A model generated the notes under the pieces. That model was given only the letters and a program-made list of their open reading frames with translations. It had not been told where the DNA came from and searched no databases. Positions 35,366-43,577 of a stretch of DNA of 64,000 nucleotides are shown in pieces. Numbering within the stretch: the stretch's first letter is position 1; the number at the start of each line of letters is the position of its first letter. The stretch spans positions 4,464-68,463 of the forward strand of contig CALXOO010000004.1 in NCBI GenBank assembly GCA_944390045.1. Direction: 5' to 3'. This DNA comes from an uncultured Spirochaetales bacterium. GTDB taxonomy: Bacteria > Spirochaetota > Spirochaetia > Sphaerochaetales > Sphaerochaetaceae. Position numbers and translations under genes: made by a program.

Positions 35366-35412
35366 CGTCTCTGCCATTGCATAGCTTCAGGATCAGGCCT
35401 GACGCTCCTGCC

Positions 35413-35964
35413 TCATTTCATGACAAATCCGAAGACAAAGCCGAATGTCCAGGGGAAGTCGGTTACCGGTCTGTAGCGGTAGAAGTCATACCTGAACGTG
35501 AGGCTGAATCCGAAATTCATGCCAATATCATCAGAAATATAGAGCAGCTGCCCCTCTGCACCGGCACTGAAGGAATTGGCGAAGAAAAGATAGTTGGCCA
35601 CAGCCGAGGCCAGCAGCGCGATCTGTGAGTTGCCGGACAGCAGCAGATAGCCGCCAAGACCCGCCCTGACACTGACATCGAAGTCTGAGAAAAAGTCACT
35701 CTCCCCGTCTGCGATAGGCCCCGCGTCCGCACCGGCGCCAAGGAGGGCTCCGTATCTCTTTCCATTCGGCCCCATGTGCAGGAGGTCAAGGACAGTGGCT
35801 CCGAAGGTCATCATGGGGGCATTGTCTTCCTCCTGGTCTGAGAACTCAGCCCTCAGTACCACATTCATTCCGAAAAGGACCTGGTTGTCGAATACGAGGG
35901 AACTGGCACTGGCCCTCTTTTTCTCAGCTGCAGATCTGTTGATGTTCCCGCTGCTTTCAGTCTC
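35413..35964 (-). pseudogene. 3' part of a hypothetical gene interrupted by the IS element
   Basis: The frame is open from the IS right end without any start codon until ATG 35868. It encodes ETESSGNINRSAAEKKRASASSLVFDNQVLFGMNVV...FGFVFGFVMK, an aromatic-rich, beta-like C-terminus. Confidence 0.45.
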
Positions 35965-36150
35965 GTAGGAGTGAACTACCGCCGCCTTAAAAGGCGACAG
36001 CTTCGCGATTCATCGATCTTTTTGCCACCGAGTTTGCTCTTCTTCAAGAGCCTTTTCGACTGCTTCTCGGATCTCCCCGCGCTTCATTTCGGTGCGTCCC
36101 ACACCTACATTGTGCTTATATAGCCAGACCATGTTCTCAGCAGCATGGAC
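35965..36150 (-). ncRNA. predicted TnpB-associated omega/reRNA scaffold (3' end of tnpB through the right end)
   Basis: By analogy with characterised TnpB systems, where the guide RNA scaffold overlaps the tnpB 3' end and the RE. The RE hairpin CTGTCGCC-TTTTAA-GGCGGCGG lies inside it. Extent not determined. Confidence 0.3.
35979..36000 (-). repeat. IS right-end subterminal hairpin
   Basis: Minus strand CTGTCGCC-TTTTAA-GGCGGCGG. The T-G wobbles only pair on the minus strand, which identifies it as the top strand. Confidence 0.6.
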
Positions 36151-37290
36151 ATCCCTGTCTTCTTCGGGAATTCCACACTCGCATCCATAGGTCCGTTTAC
36201 TAAGCGGCATGTCGTTGAGCTTACCGCAACTGGTGCAGAGCTTCGTCGTCGGGATGCTCCTGCATAACACAACAACATCGTCCCTGTCCTTCAACCCCGC
36301 CTTCACGCGCCCAAGCACGGAATGCTGCACATGCTTCCCGAACAGGCCCTTATGCCAGTGCTGGAGCATTTCGTCCTGTATTACCGTAATCGTGTTCTCA
36401 GTGAATGCCGCTATTATCTTGTTGGCAAGATCGTCCTTCCTGTTGGTCAGCTTCTGGTACTCGATTCTGAGGAGCCTCACTGTACGCCACCAGCGCCTGG
36501 AGCCCTTCTTCTGCTTCGCCAGCTTCCTCTGAAGCCGCTTTATCCGCTCCTGTTCTCGCACTGCCGCGTTGATCTTCTCCCCCTCGCTCGTGGTGAACGA
36601 GGTTTCGATCCCGAAGTCGACTCCGACTGTCCTGCCGTTCTTGTGCTTCCTTATTATCTTGTCCTCATCTGTCCAGGTCGTGAATGCGATATAGTATCCA
36701 TCTGGCTTGCTGAGGAGCTTCGCATTCGCAATCTCCATATCGGGATTTCCATAGAACTGGTCCATCCCGTTGACCTTCAGGATGCCTTTGACCCCCTGGA
36801 GCTTCACCCTGTTCTTTCCAAGTATCTTATGTGTTACGCCAAGCTGTTTGTAATCAACGGACTCAAGGCGGCTGATGAATTTGAGGGCACCTACCTTGTA
36901 GCCTCTCTTCTTCCTTGTCGCAAGGACACGAAGGGAGCTCTTTATCCCTGCGTGTATCGTCTGCCTCAGGGACTGAGGAAGATAGGAATATGTGCTAGTG
37001 ACATCATTGCCGTCCTTATCCTTGTGGATGACAGAAGTGGATTTCGTATCATAATCCGATATGGACCGGCCTTCCCTGTCTCCATAGGCAATGATGGCAT
37101 TGTAGAGCCATTTGCCTTCGACGAAGATCATCTTCAAATCGGTCCTCTGGTCATTCGAAAGCTTGTTGTCCTGGATTTTGCATGCGAAGACGCGGCAGAT
37201 CTGCCCCCTGCGTTTTGCATAGGTTGCCCGCATCGTATCGGCAATCATTATGTTCTTAGCCTTTCTTGCCACGTCTTCCATCGATTCCAT
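36010..37290 (-). CDS. tnpB: TnpB (IS605 OrfB-type RNA-guided endonuclease)
   Basis: RuvC-like residues in VGVDFGIETS, VIQDEML and EDRDVHAAENM. Zinc ribbon CTSCGKLNDMPLSKRTYGCECG. No internal stop. Start taken at ATG 37290; the track ORF extends to 37380 over the tnpA start. Confidence 0.85.
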   Translation of the reverse strand: MESMEDVARKAKNIMIADTMRATYAKRRGQICRVFACKIQDNKLSNDQRTDLKMIFVEGKWLYNAIIAYGDREGRSISDYDTKSTSVIHKDKDGNDVTSTYSYLPQSLRQTIHAGIKSSLRVLATRKKRGYKVGALKFISRLESVDYKQLGVTHKILGKNRVKLQGVKGILKVNGMDQFYGNPDMEIANAKLLSKPDGYYIAFTTWTDEDKIIRKHKNGRTVGVDFGIETSFTTSEGEKINAAVREQERIKRLQRKLAKQKKGSRRWWRTVRLLRIEYQKLTNRKDDLANKIIAAFTENTITVIQDEMLQHWHKGLFGKHVQHSVLGRVKAGLKDRDDVVVLCRSIPTTKLCTSCGKLNDMPLSKRTYGCECGIPEEDRDVHAAENMVWLYKHNVGVGRTEMKRGEIREAVEKALEEEQTRWQKDR

Positions 37291-37348
37291 AGTATCATAT
37301 CCACCATCGATATTGCAAATGTCATCAGGTGAAAATACTATAATCATC

Positions 37349-37750
37349 ATGAGCAGATACAAGACGATGAAACATGCCAAATACAGGATAAGCTATCACC
37401 TGATCTTTTCCGTGAAATTCAGGAGGAAGCTTCTTGAGCCTATAAAGGATGACATCATCGCATCGTTTAGAAGGGCAGAGAGCATGCAGAAAAGCTGGTC
37501 AATACGCATCGCTGAAACCGACAGGGATCATGTTCATATCTTCATAGATGCAACACCGCATGATAGACCATCCGAAATAGTCCATAGCCTGAAGCAGACG
37601 TCGACATATGACATGTGGCAGAAGCATCACGATTACCTTACACACTTCTTCTGGAAGGAACATCTGCTCTGGACGCGCGGCTATTTCTGTTCGACCATAG
37701 GGGATGTCAGCGAGGAAACTCTGCAAAGATATATCGAGAATCAGGGATGA
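37349..37750 (+). CDS. tnpA: IS200/IS605-family Y1 (HUH) transposase TnpA
   Basis: YHLIFSVKFRRKLL, HUH motif HVHIFI and catalytic Tyr in WTRGYFCSTIG. About 133 aa, with an alternative ATG at 37367. Confidence 0.85.
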   Translation: MSRYKTMKHAKYRISYHLIFSVKFRRKLLEPIKDDIIASFRRAESMQKSWSIRIAETDRDHVHIFIDATPHDRPSEIVHSLKQTSTYDMWQKHHDYLTHFFWKEHLLWTRGYFCSTIGDVSEETLQRYIENQG

Positions 37751-37764
37751 CAATCGCGATTCAC

Positions 37765-37787
37765 CTGACTGCCTTGAAAGGCAGCAG
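37765..37787 (-). repeat. IS left-end subterminal hairpin with a bulged T
   Basis: Minus strand CTGCTGCC-TTTCAA-GGCAG(T)CAG. It aligns with the RE hairpin (AGCTGYYGCC TTTYAA GGCRG). Confidence 0.6.
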
Positions 37788-37805
37788 CTATCTCGCGGCT
37801 GATTT

Positions 37806-38081
37806 GTATATTGCCCACTTCTCGGAAATCTTGTCCCGGCTCCTTTCCTTCTCGATGATCCCGTCATAGTCAAAGTAAGAGGCCATATTCCTGGCCTTCC
37901 GGTCAGTCGGAGCATAGCTGAATCCGGGCTCAGAGGACCTGCCTGTGGACTCATACCGCATTCCGACATCCTTGCCACGTACTACATTCTCTCCGGTATC
38001 GAGACGTGTTATGTCATATGAATGCCGGGATTCTATGTTCACATAGCTCTTCCATTCAGAGACAGATACCGGCACTTTCAA
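37806..38081 (-). pseudogene. 5' part of the hypothetical gene interrupted by the IS element
   Basis: TTG start at 38081 with GGGGAGGG upstream. The frame reads ...DKISEKWAIY up to the proposed insertion point, then runs into the IS and stops at 37788. Confidence 0.4.
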
Positions 38082-38194
38082 TCAGATACTTCCCTCCCCT
38101 TTGTGTCCGGAAGAACAACCTGGCTTTCCTGAACCGGCGCCCAGCCGCGGTCCTGCTGTTGTATTGCCCCGGGCTTAGGCACTAGACTTCAGTC

Positions 38195-39103
38195 ATGAAA
38201 CTCCAGGAAAAGGGCGTCCGGCAGGAGTCCGACATTTACATCTTCAACTCGTCGCTGGTCAAGAAGAGTTACTTTTACCAGATGCTGTGCATTGGTCATT
38301 ACTACTGCATGCACAACTACACGGTCAGTCCCAACACTCTTGACAGCTATCTGCTGCTCTATGTCGTCTCCGGTAGCATGTACACTGTGACGAAGGATTC
38401 CGGCAGACAGGTTCTCGCTCCCGGCCAGCTTGCCATCCTCAACTGCTATGAGAGGCCGTCCTACGGATGTACGGGAGAAGTGGAATTCTTCTGGATCCAC
38501 TTCGACAGCCACAATATTGACCAGCTTTACCAGGAGATCAGGCACCGCAGCGTCACCGTAGCAGACAGGAATGCCGTGCTGCGCTATTTCTCGAAACTCA
38601 TCGATCCCTTCACCGCTAACGGGCAGCCCAGTGAGGCCACCGTAAACAAGTACATCACCAACATCCTCACCGAATTCTTCGACTATGACAGCGAGGATCA
38701 GGAGAGACTTCCTGAGCGGAAGTTCGACCATATATGCAACTATGTCAACAACAATCTGGACAGGAAGATATCGAATGGCGAGCTGGCCCATATGGCGAAC
38801 ATGAGTCCGTACCACTTCATCCGCTCATTCAAGAACGAGGTCGGCTTCACCCCGCATGAGTTCATTCTGCGCTCCAGGGTCAACACCGCGATCTTCCTGC
38901 TGCGCGCGACCTCTCTCAGTCTCAGTGAGATCACATACAAGTGCGGCTTTGCCAATGAGGCGGCATTCAGCAACTGCTTCAAGTCACTCACCGGCACCAC
39001 CCCGCTCAAGTGCAGGCAGGAGGCAAGCGGGAGGATAGAGTCCAGGAAGAAGCTTGCCTCTGTGGAGCTGATCTCCCGCCAGGACCCGCTGAAGGAAGAA
39101 TGA
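38195..39103 (+). CDS. AraC-family transcriptional regulator
   Basis: Cupin-like N-terminal half. C-terminal double HTH (LDRKISNGELAHMANMSPYHFIRSFK ... LSLSEITYKCGFANEAAFSNCFKSLTG). Confidence 0.85.
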   Translation: MKLQEKGVRQESDIYIFNSSLVKKSYFYQMLCIGHYYCMHNYTVSPNTLDSYLLLYVVSGSMYTVTKDSGRQVLAPGQLAILNCYERPSYGCTGEVEFFWIHFDSHNIDQLYQEIRHRSVTVADRNAVLRYFSKLIDPFTANGQPSEATVNKYITNILTEFFDYDSEDQERLPERKFDHICNYVNNNLDRKISNGELAHMANMSPYHFIRSFKNEVGFTPHEFILRSRVNTAIFLLRATSLSLSEITYKCGFANEAAFSNCFKSLTGTTPLKCRQEASGRIESRKKLASVELISRQDPLKEE

Positions 39104-39138
39104 CATCCGCTGTACGGAATAGACCAGAAAATACAAAG

Positions 39139-39169
39139 CACGGACCGGGTTTTTCAGACCCGACCCGTG
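39139..39169. terminator. bidirectional terminator between araC and the ABC operon
   Basis: CACGGACCGGGT-TTTTCAG-ACCCGACCCGTG (two internal mismatches), with T-rich tracts after it on both strands. Confidence 0.6.
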
Positions 39170-39201
39170 GATTTATTTCTCAAACAAAAGGATGGCTTTG
39201 A

Positions 39202-40209
39202 TTACTCTGCGTCAGGTCCCATGACTTCCTTGTAGGTCTCGGGTGTGACGACGACAGCATCAACGGCTGTCTCCATCGGAACCTCCTCACCGTTGAGCAT
39301 GGCAACGAGGACCTCGACAGATCCGCGTCCGACTGCAGAAGCGGGGAAGTAGGCGGAAGCCTTCATGGCGGAGTCAGCTCCGTTGGCATTCCACTCATCC
39401 TTGGCCATATAGGCGCCAAGTCCGACGACACAGGCATTGTCTGCCTTGCCGGCCTGCTCGAGGGCCCTGAGGGCTCCGATGGTTCCCTCTTCGTTGGCAC
39501 CTGTCACGAGCCAGGTCGTGATCTCGGGATGGGCGGTGAAGACAGCATCGGCAGCAGTGTAGCCCCTGTCCGTGGTTCCGTCATAGTCAGCGAAATAGAT
39601 CCTGTCTGTCGGGAACTCCGGGCACTCGGCGGTGAACCTGTCATACTCACCCTCAGCGCGGGGAACACAGGAAGAGACTGTATCCATTGTCATGATCAGA
39701 AGTCCGACACTGGGCTCTCCGGCAAGATTGTTCTCCTTGACATAGTCAGCAAGCCACTGGCCGTTTGCCTCTCCGATGACATAGGCATTGATGCCCACCC
39801 ACGGAGCCAGCTTCTCGCCGTTCTCCTCGAGCGCATCATCAGCAGCGACAACGGGGATATTGGCGGATGAAAGCATGTCGACAACTGCCCTTGAGAGAGT
39901 CTGGTCAGGAGTACAGGTGACAACACCGGCCGCGTTGTTTGCGATTGCATTGTCGATGGCCCTCAGGTACTCCTCGGGACTCATTCTGGCATCAACGTAG
40001 ATGAACTCGTATCCGGCCTCCTGCGCGGCAGCGGCAGCAGCCTCTCCCTCATCGATGAACCAAGTCTGGTCACCGGCCTTGTAGATGCCGTAAATGACAC
40101 CATTGCTCTCTCCGCTGCCGGCTGAGGCAGTGGCTTCCTGTGCACCGTTCGCGAAGACGAACGACAGCGAACATGCGAGAACCAAAAGAACAGTTAGTAC
40201 TTTTTTCAT
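39202..40209 (-). CDS. ribose/xylose-type (CUT2) ABC sugar-binding protein
   Basis: Signal MKKVLTVLLVLACSLSFVFANGAQE. Periplasmic-binding-protein type I pattern. Last gene of the ATPase-permease-SBP operon. Confidence 0.8.
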   Translation of the reverse strand: MKKVLTVLLVLACSLSFVFANGAQEATASAGSGESNGVIYGIYKAGDQTWFIDEGEAAAAAAQEAGYEFIYVDARMSPEEYLRAIDNAIANNAAGVVTCTPDQTLSRAVVDMLSSANIPVVAADDALEENGEKLAPWVGINAYVIGEANGQWLADYVKENNLAGEPSVGLLIMTMDTVSSCVPRAEGEYDRFTAECPEFPTDRIYFADYDGTTDRGYTAADAVFTAHPEITTWLVTGANEEGTIGALRALEQAGKADNACVVGLGAYMAKDEWNANGADSAMKASAYFPASAVGRGSVEVLVAMLNGEEVPMETAVDAVVVTPETYKEVMGPDAE

Positions 40210-40250
40210 ACTTTTTCTCCTTTTTATATTGTCCTTTTTCCTTTTTGATT

Positions 40251-41261
40251 TCAGTTGTTGGATGCAAGGGCCTTCTTGCTGGCCTCAAGCAGGGCCTTCT
40301 CCCTCTTGGTCTTCCTGATATAGTCGGATGTGAGGGCGAAGAGCAGCAGGGCGCCGCGGGCGACATACTGCCAGAAGCTGGGAACGTTGACCATGATGAG
40401 GCCCGTGTTGAAGGCCTGTATCAGTATGACGCCCAGGATTGTGCCGACCATATCGCCGACACCGCCGGTGAATGAGACGCCTCCCAGGACAACAGCCGTG
40501 ATGGCATCAAACTCCAGGTTCACGTTGGCGGCAGGCTGTCCGGAATGCATTCTGGATGAGAACACGATTCCTCCGAGCGCGGTGACGACACCCATGATCA
40601 CAAAGAGTATCGTGACAATGCGCTGCGGGTTCAGTCCGGCAAGACGTGCGGCGTCCTTGTTGCCGCCGATCGCATAGACAGAACGGCCGAACTTCGTCTT
40701 CGCCAGCACCAGGCCGAAGATCAGGATCAGGACGAGCATGATCCAGACTGAGAGCGGAATCGAGAGGAAGCGGGTTGCACCGATCGACAGATATGCAGAG
40801 TCGGTGATACTCACGGGTCTTCCGTCGCACAGTATGTATGCAAAGCCCCTGAACACGAACTGGGTCACCAGTGTGGCGATGAAGGCCTCGATCTTGATCT
40901 TGTTGACCATCCAGGAGTTGAAGAGCCCTACGACAACGCCGGAAAGCAGGGTGACCAGCGCGGCAAGCACAAAGGGCAGCCCCATTGAGACCAGTGTGGC
41001 GCACAGGACGCCGGTGAAGGCGGCGACCGAGCCGGGTGACAGGTCATTCTGGCCGGCGATGATCAGATAAGTGTGTCCGATTGCGACCAGGCCGATCAGT
41101 GAAGCGGCGACCAGGATGTTGACAAAGTTCGTCCACGAGAAGTAGTTGCCGTTGAGGCTTGAGAAGATCGCGACCACGATGATCAGGGCAACGATCAGTA
41201 TCAGCTTGTCGCCCGGGATCAGAGACTTGACCCTGACCCACATGTTCTTACCTTTTTCCAT
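40251..41261 (-). CDS. CUT2 ABC sugar permease (RbsC-like)
   Basis: About 10 predicted TM segments. Typical ...AIGGNKDAARLAGLN... motif of RbsC/XylH-type permeases. RBS AAGGAGG. Confidence 0.85.
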   Translation of the reverse strand: MEKGKNMWVRVKSLIPGDKLILIVALIIVVAIFSSLNGNYFSWTNFVNILVAASLIGLVAIGHTYLIIAGQNDLSPGSVAAFTGVLCATLVSMGLPFVLAALVTLLSGVVVGLFNSWMVNKIKIEAFIATLVTQFVFRGFAYILCDGRPVSITDSAYLSIGATRFLSIPLSVWIMLVLILIFGLVLAKTKFGRSVYAIGGNKDAARLAGLNPQRIVTILFVIMGVVTALGGIVFSSRMHSGQPAANVNLEFDAITAVVLGGVSFTGGVGDMVGTILGVILIQAFNTGLIMVNVPSFWQYVARGALLLFALTSDYIRKTKREKALLEASKKALASNN

Positions 41262-42766
41262 TAGTTCTTTCCTCCTTCTGTCATTGCCAGTGCCAGGAGA
41301 CGCTCCTCCGTGGCGTCCTCCCTCATGACCTCACCTGCGATCCGCTGATTGCTCATGACAAGAATCCTGTCGGAAAGACCGATGATCTCAGGCAGTTCTG
41401 AGGAGATCAGGATGACCCCCAGCCCCTGCTTCGCGAACTGGCAGATCATGTGGTAGAACTCGCTCTTGGCTCCGACATCGATACCCTTGGTCGGCTCGTC
41501 AAGAATGAGCACCTTCGGCTGCGTGGCCATCCATCTGGCGACAATGCACTTCTGCTGGTTTCCGCCGGACAGCTCGACAATCTTCTTCTCTGCGTTTGGA
41601 GTCTTGATGGAGAAGCTCCTGATTCCGTCCTCGACGATCTTCTCCTCCTTTTTCGTGTCCAGCACTCCGATGGCATTGCTGTTGCGGTCCAGCATCGATA
41701 TGGTGATGTTCTTCGACACATCGAGATTGGCAAGAATGCCCTGCGTCTTCCTGTCCTCCGGCACATAGACGATGCCGTTCATCATCGCATCGTGCGGACT
41801 CCTGTTCGTGATCTCGCGCCCTTCAAGGAAGATCTTTCCGCCAAGCGCCTTGTCGGCTCCTATGATCGCCCTGGCGACCTCAGTGCGGCCGGCACCGACC
41901 AGGCCTGAGAAGCCCAGGACCTCACCGCGGCGCAGCGTGAATGACACAGGTTCGACATAGTCGCTGAAAAGGCCCTCGACCCTCAGCAGCTCATCGCCGA
42001 TTGTCTTGTTTCTGTCAAGATTGTCGTAAATATCGCCCAGATCGCGTCCGACCATCAGCCGGATGAGCTCGCTCTCATCAGTCGTGCGCGCGTCCTTTGT
42101 CGTCACATAACGCCCGTCCTTGAAGATCGCGACCTTGTCGGCAATCCTCTTGATCTCGCTCATTCTGTGAGAAACATAGATGACTACCTTGCCCTCATCC
42201 CTGAGCTTGGCAATGATCGCGAAGAGCGAATCGATCTCGGCATCGGAGAGCGAGGCGGTGGGCTCGTCGAAACAGATGACCTTCAGGTTGTCCCTGCTGT
42301 ATGCCTTCATGATCTCGACCATCTGCTGATAGGCTATGGAGAGATCCTTGACCTTGGTCTGAGGTTTGATCGGGAGACCGAATTCGGAAATGATCTTCGC
42401 CGCGGCCTTGTTGGCCTGTCTGATATCAATCCAGCCGAACTTGTTGGCAGGCATCCTGCCCAGGAAGATGTTCTCAGCGACGGAGAGCTCCATGAGGATC
42501 TGCCTCTCCTGGTAGATGACGCTGACGCCTGCCTCGATGGCCTCATGCGGGCTCCTGAAGTGGACAGGGCTGCCATCCAGAAGGTACTCCCCGCTGGTCG
42601 CCTGATAATCACCGTTCAGGGTCTTCAGCAGGGTCGACTTGCCAGCTCCGTTCTCCCCAAGGAAGGCCAGCACCTCACCGCCGCTGGCGCAGAATGAGAC
42701 GTCGTCAAGCGCCTTTACTCCGGGGAAGTACTTGGTAATGTTCTTGAATTCGACGCTGTGCGCCAT
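41261..42766 (-). CDS. CUT2 ABC sugar ATPase with duplicated ATP-binding domains (RbsA-like)
   Basis: ATG 42766 after AAGGAGG. Walker A GENGAGKST, two LSGG-type signatures (LSIAYQQ.., LSGGNQQK) and two Walker B motifs. Confidence 0.88.
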   Translation of the reverse strand: MAHSVEFKNITKYFPGVKALDDVSFCASGGEVLAFLGENGAGKSTLLKTLNGDYQATSGEYLLDGSPVHFRSPHEAIEAGVSVIYQERQILMELSVAENIFLGRMPANKFGWIDIRQANKAAAKIISEFGLPIKPQTKVKDLSIAYQQMVEIMKAYSRDNLKVICFDEPTASLSDAEIDSLFAIIAKLRDEGKVVIYVSHRMSEIKRIADKVAIFKDGRYVTTKDARTTDESELIRLMVGRDLGDIYDNLDRNKTIGDELLRVEGLFSDYVEPVSFTLRRGEVLGFSGLVGAGRTEVARAIIGADKALGGKIFLEGREITNRSPHDAMMNGIVYVPEDRKTQGILANLDVSKNITISMLDRNSNAIGVLDTKKEEKIVEDGIRSFSIKTPNAEKKIVELSGGNQQKCIVARWMATQPKVLILDEPTKGIDVGAKSEFYHMICQFAKQGLGVILISSELPEIIGLSDRILVMSNQRIAGEVMREDATEERLLALAMTEGGKN

Positions 42767-42805
42767 TTGACCTCTTTTCCTCCTTGTCTGCACACATGCT
42801 AGTAT

Positions 42806-42870
42806 GGAAAACAGGAACTGACATTACGGAAAATTGTCGAATTATTATAAAAAATTGCTGAATTGATTAC
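42806..42870. promoter_or_regulatory. conserved upstream module, copy B (tandem AAATTGYYG repeats 21 bp apart)
   Basis: AAATTGTCG (42831-42839) and AAATTGCTG (42852-42860). The whole 65 nt aligns with 53021-53085 at roughly 70% identity with two 1-nt gaps (hand alignment). Confidence 0.5.
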
Positions 42871-43556
42871 ATTATCTTGTAACGGTTCCAGCTCTCCACT
42901 GCAGACAGACCTCCCCTTATCCTGTCGGCGACGAAGTTCTCTCCGGTGGCCTTCTCATAAGCCTGTTCGACGACCTCGGCCTCGATTGAGCGAGGAATGA
43001 TCACGACCCCGTCATAATCGCCGAAGACTATATCGCCGGGCTCTATGCGCACTCCCCCTGCCTCGATTGGAACGCGGTAGTCCAGGACCTTGCCCCTCGG
43101 TCCCTGATCCTGGGCGTATGGCCCGCGGCTGAAGACCGGCATGTCCAGTGCGAGAATGCCCCTCGTGTCGCGGTGATAACCGTTTACGACAGCTCCGGCC
43201 GCCTTCCTGATGTTCATTCTCGTACACATGATCTCTCCGATCAGGGCATAGCGCAGTGATGAGTCCGGACAGAGATAGACCTCATCCTCCCCGATGGCGT
43301 CAAGGGCCTCAAGCATGAGTCCGAAGTTCTTCTCCATCAGCCTGTTGTTGCCATTTTCCGTCACAAAGCCGGTGACATCGGCCTCCAGCACGGGCATGGC
43401 CCTGCCGGCGATGATCATATCATCCCTGAGCGGCCTGACCTGGGGCGGCAGGAACTGATGAAGGCGGCCCATCCTGTCCAGGATGTCTCCGACGACTGAA
43501 GTATAGAGCTTTTCCCTCAGCAGCCGGAAAAGCTCCTTGTCATTCTGATAAAGCAT
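42867..43556 (-). CDS. RraA-family protein (class II 4-hydroxy-2-oxoacid aldolase-like)
   Basis: 229 aa. ...VVGDILDRMG..., IAGRAMPV..., GEIMCTRM... and GDIVFGDYDGVVIIP match my memory of the RraA/HMG-CHA aldolase fold family. Confidence 0.65.
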   Translation of the reverse strand: MLYQNDKELFRLLREKLYTSVVGDILDRMGRLHQFLPPQVRPLRDDMIIAGRAMPVLEADVTGFVTENGNNRLMEKNFGLMLEALDAIGEDEVYLCPDSSLRYALIGEIMCTRMNIRKAAGAVVNGYHRDTRGILALDMPVFSRGPYAQDQGPRGKVLDYRVPIEAGGVRIEPGDIVFGDYDGVVIIPRSIEAEVVEQAYEKATGENFVADRIRGGLSAVESWNRYKIM

Positions 43557-43577
43557 GTTTCATTTCTCCTTTTTCTT

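Larger units (their letters stand above)
35965..37805 (-). mobile_element. IS200/IS605-family insertion sequence (IS605-like, divergent tnpA and tnpB), about 1841 bp
   Basis: - Y1 transposase plus a TnpB gene.
- Related subterminal hairpins on the same (minus) strand: LE 37787-37765, RE 36000-35979.
- No terminal inverted repeats.
- With ends placed after a TAC on each side, the flanks join in frame.
- Exact ends are inferred, not proven. Confidence 0.7.
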
